Of a stretch of 49,493 nucleotides of DNA, positions 48,956 through 49,493 are shown in pieces. The stretch is from Octopus sinensis (taxonomy: Eukaryota). Made by a program: the position numbers and the translations under genes. The stretch's first letter is position 1. Every line of letters begins with the position of its first letter. The stretch is taken from assembly GCF_006345805.1 (NCBI RefSeq), contig NW_021834466.1:1-49493 (forward strand). Direction: 5' to 3'. The notes below the pieces were generated by a model. It was not told the origin of the DNA. It saw only the letters and a program-made list of their open reading frames with translations, and made no database searches.

Positions 48956-49493
48956 GTGTGTGTGTATATATATAGGTATCTATATATATATGTATATATA
49001 TATATATATATATATGCACATATATATATAGATACATATATATATACACACATATATATATACATATATATATATGTATATATATATATATAGATACATA
49101 CATATATACATACATACATACATACAAACATATATATGCACGCGCACATACACGTGTCTGTGTGTCACAGTAACAAATTATTATAACCCGCAAAGTGATA
49201 TAAAATAACAAATATTTATTTATATAATTTAATATTTTATTGGAAATTTTGTTAAGTTTTTATTTTTCTTGAAATTTATTTCAAAATTATAGTTCCATAT
49301 TCTTTTTTTTTTCAGTTTCATATTTTTAACTGCTTTTTAAAGTAGTTTTTTTTTACACCCGAACGCACGCACGTATATGTATGTTTGTATATATATATGT
49401 GTGTGTGCGTGCATGCGTGTGTGTGTGTGTGTGTGTGTTTGTGTGTGTGTGTTTATTCTTCTGGTCTCTTTTTTTTTTTTTAGAAAATGGGGG

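Overview
AT-rich, extremely microsatellite-dense eukaryotic DNA with no intact protein-coding gene that I can support. Nearly all ORFs in the supplied track are translations of simple repeats. The SINE families and microsatellite load suggest a cephalopod, probably octopus, genome (inference, not checked). The window is a mosaic of decayed mobile elements: about 30 tRNA-derived SINE copies in roughly four families; LINE remnants (three R4/Dong-type, one CR1-type, one Hero-type); Penelope-like pieces; Tc1/mariner, piggyBac and hAT remnants; a non-autonomous Helitron; and several fold-back elements. It also holds one near-full-length 5S rRNA copy and local tandem and inverted duplications. The best leads are: (i) a type I hammerhead ribozyme fold at 30385-30471 inside a 496-bp unit bounded by 66-bp direct repeats (Penelope pLTR or retrozyme-like), plus two further hammerhead-like motifs; (ii) a 5S rRNA copy lying antisense at the breakpoint of a large internal deletion in a Hero-like retrotransposon; (iii) SINE multimers with the same junction at independent loci. 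All alignments were done by eye and family names come from recalled motifs, not database searches.
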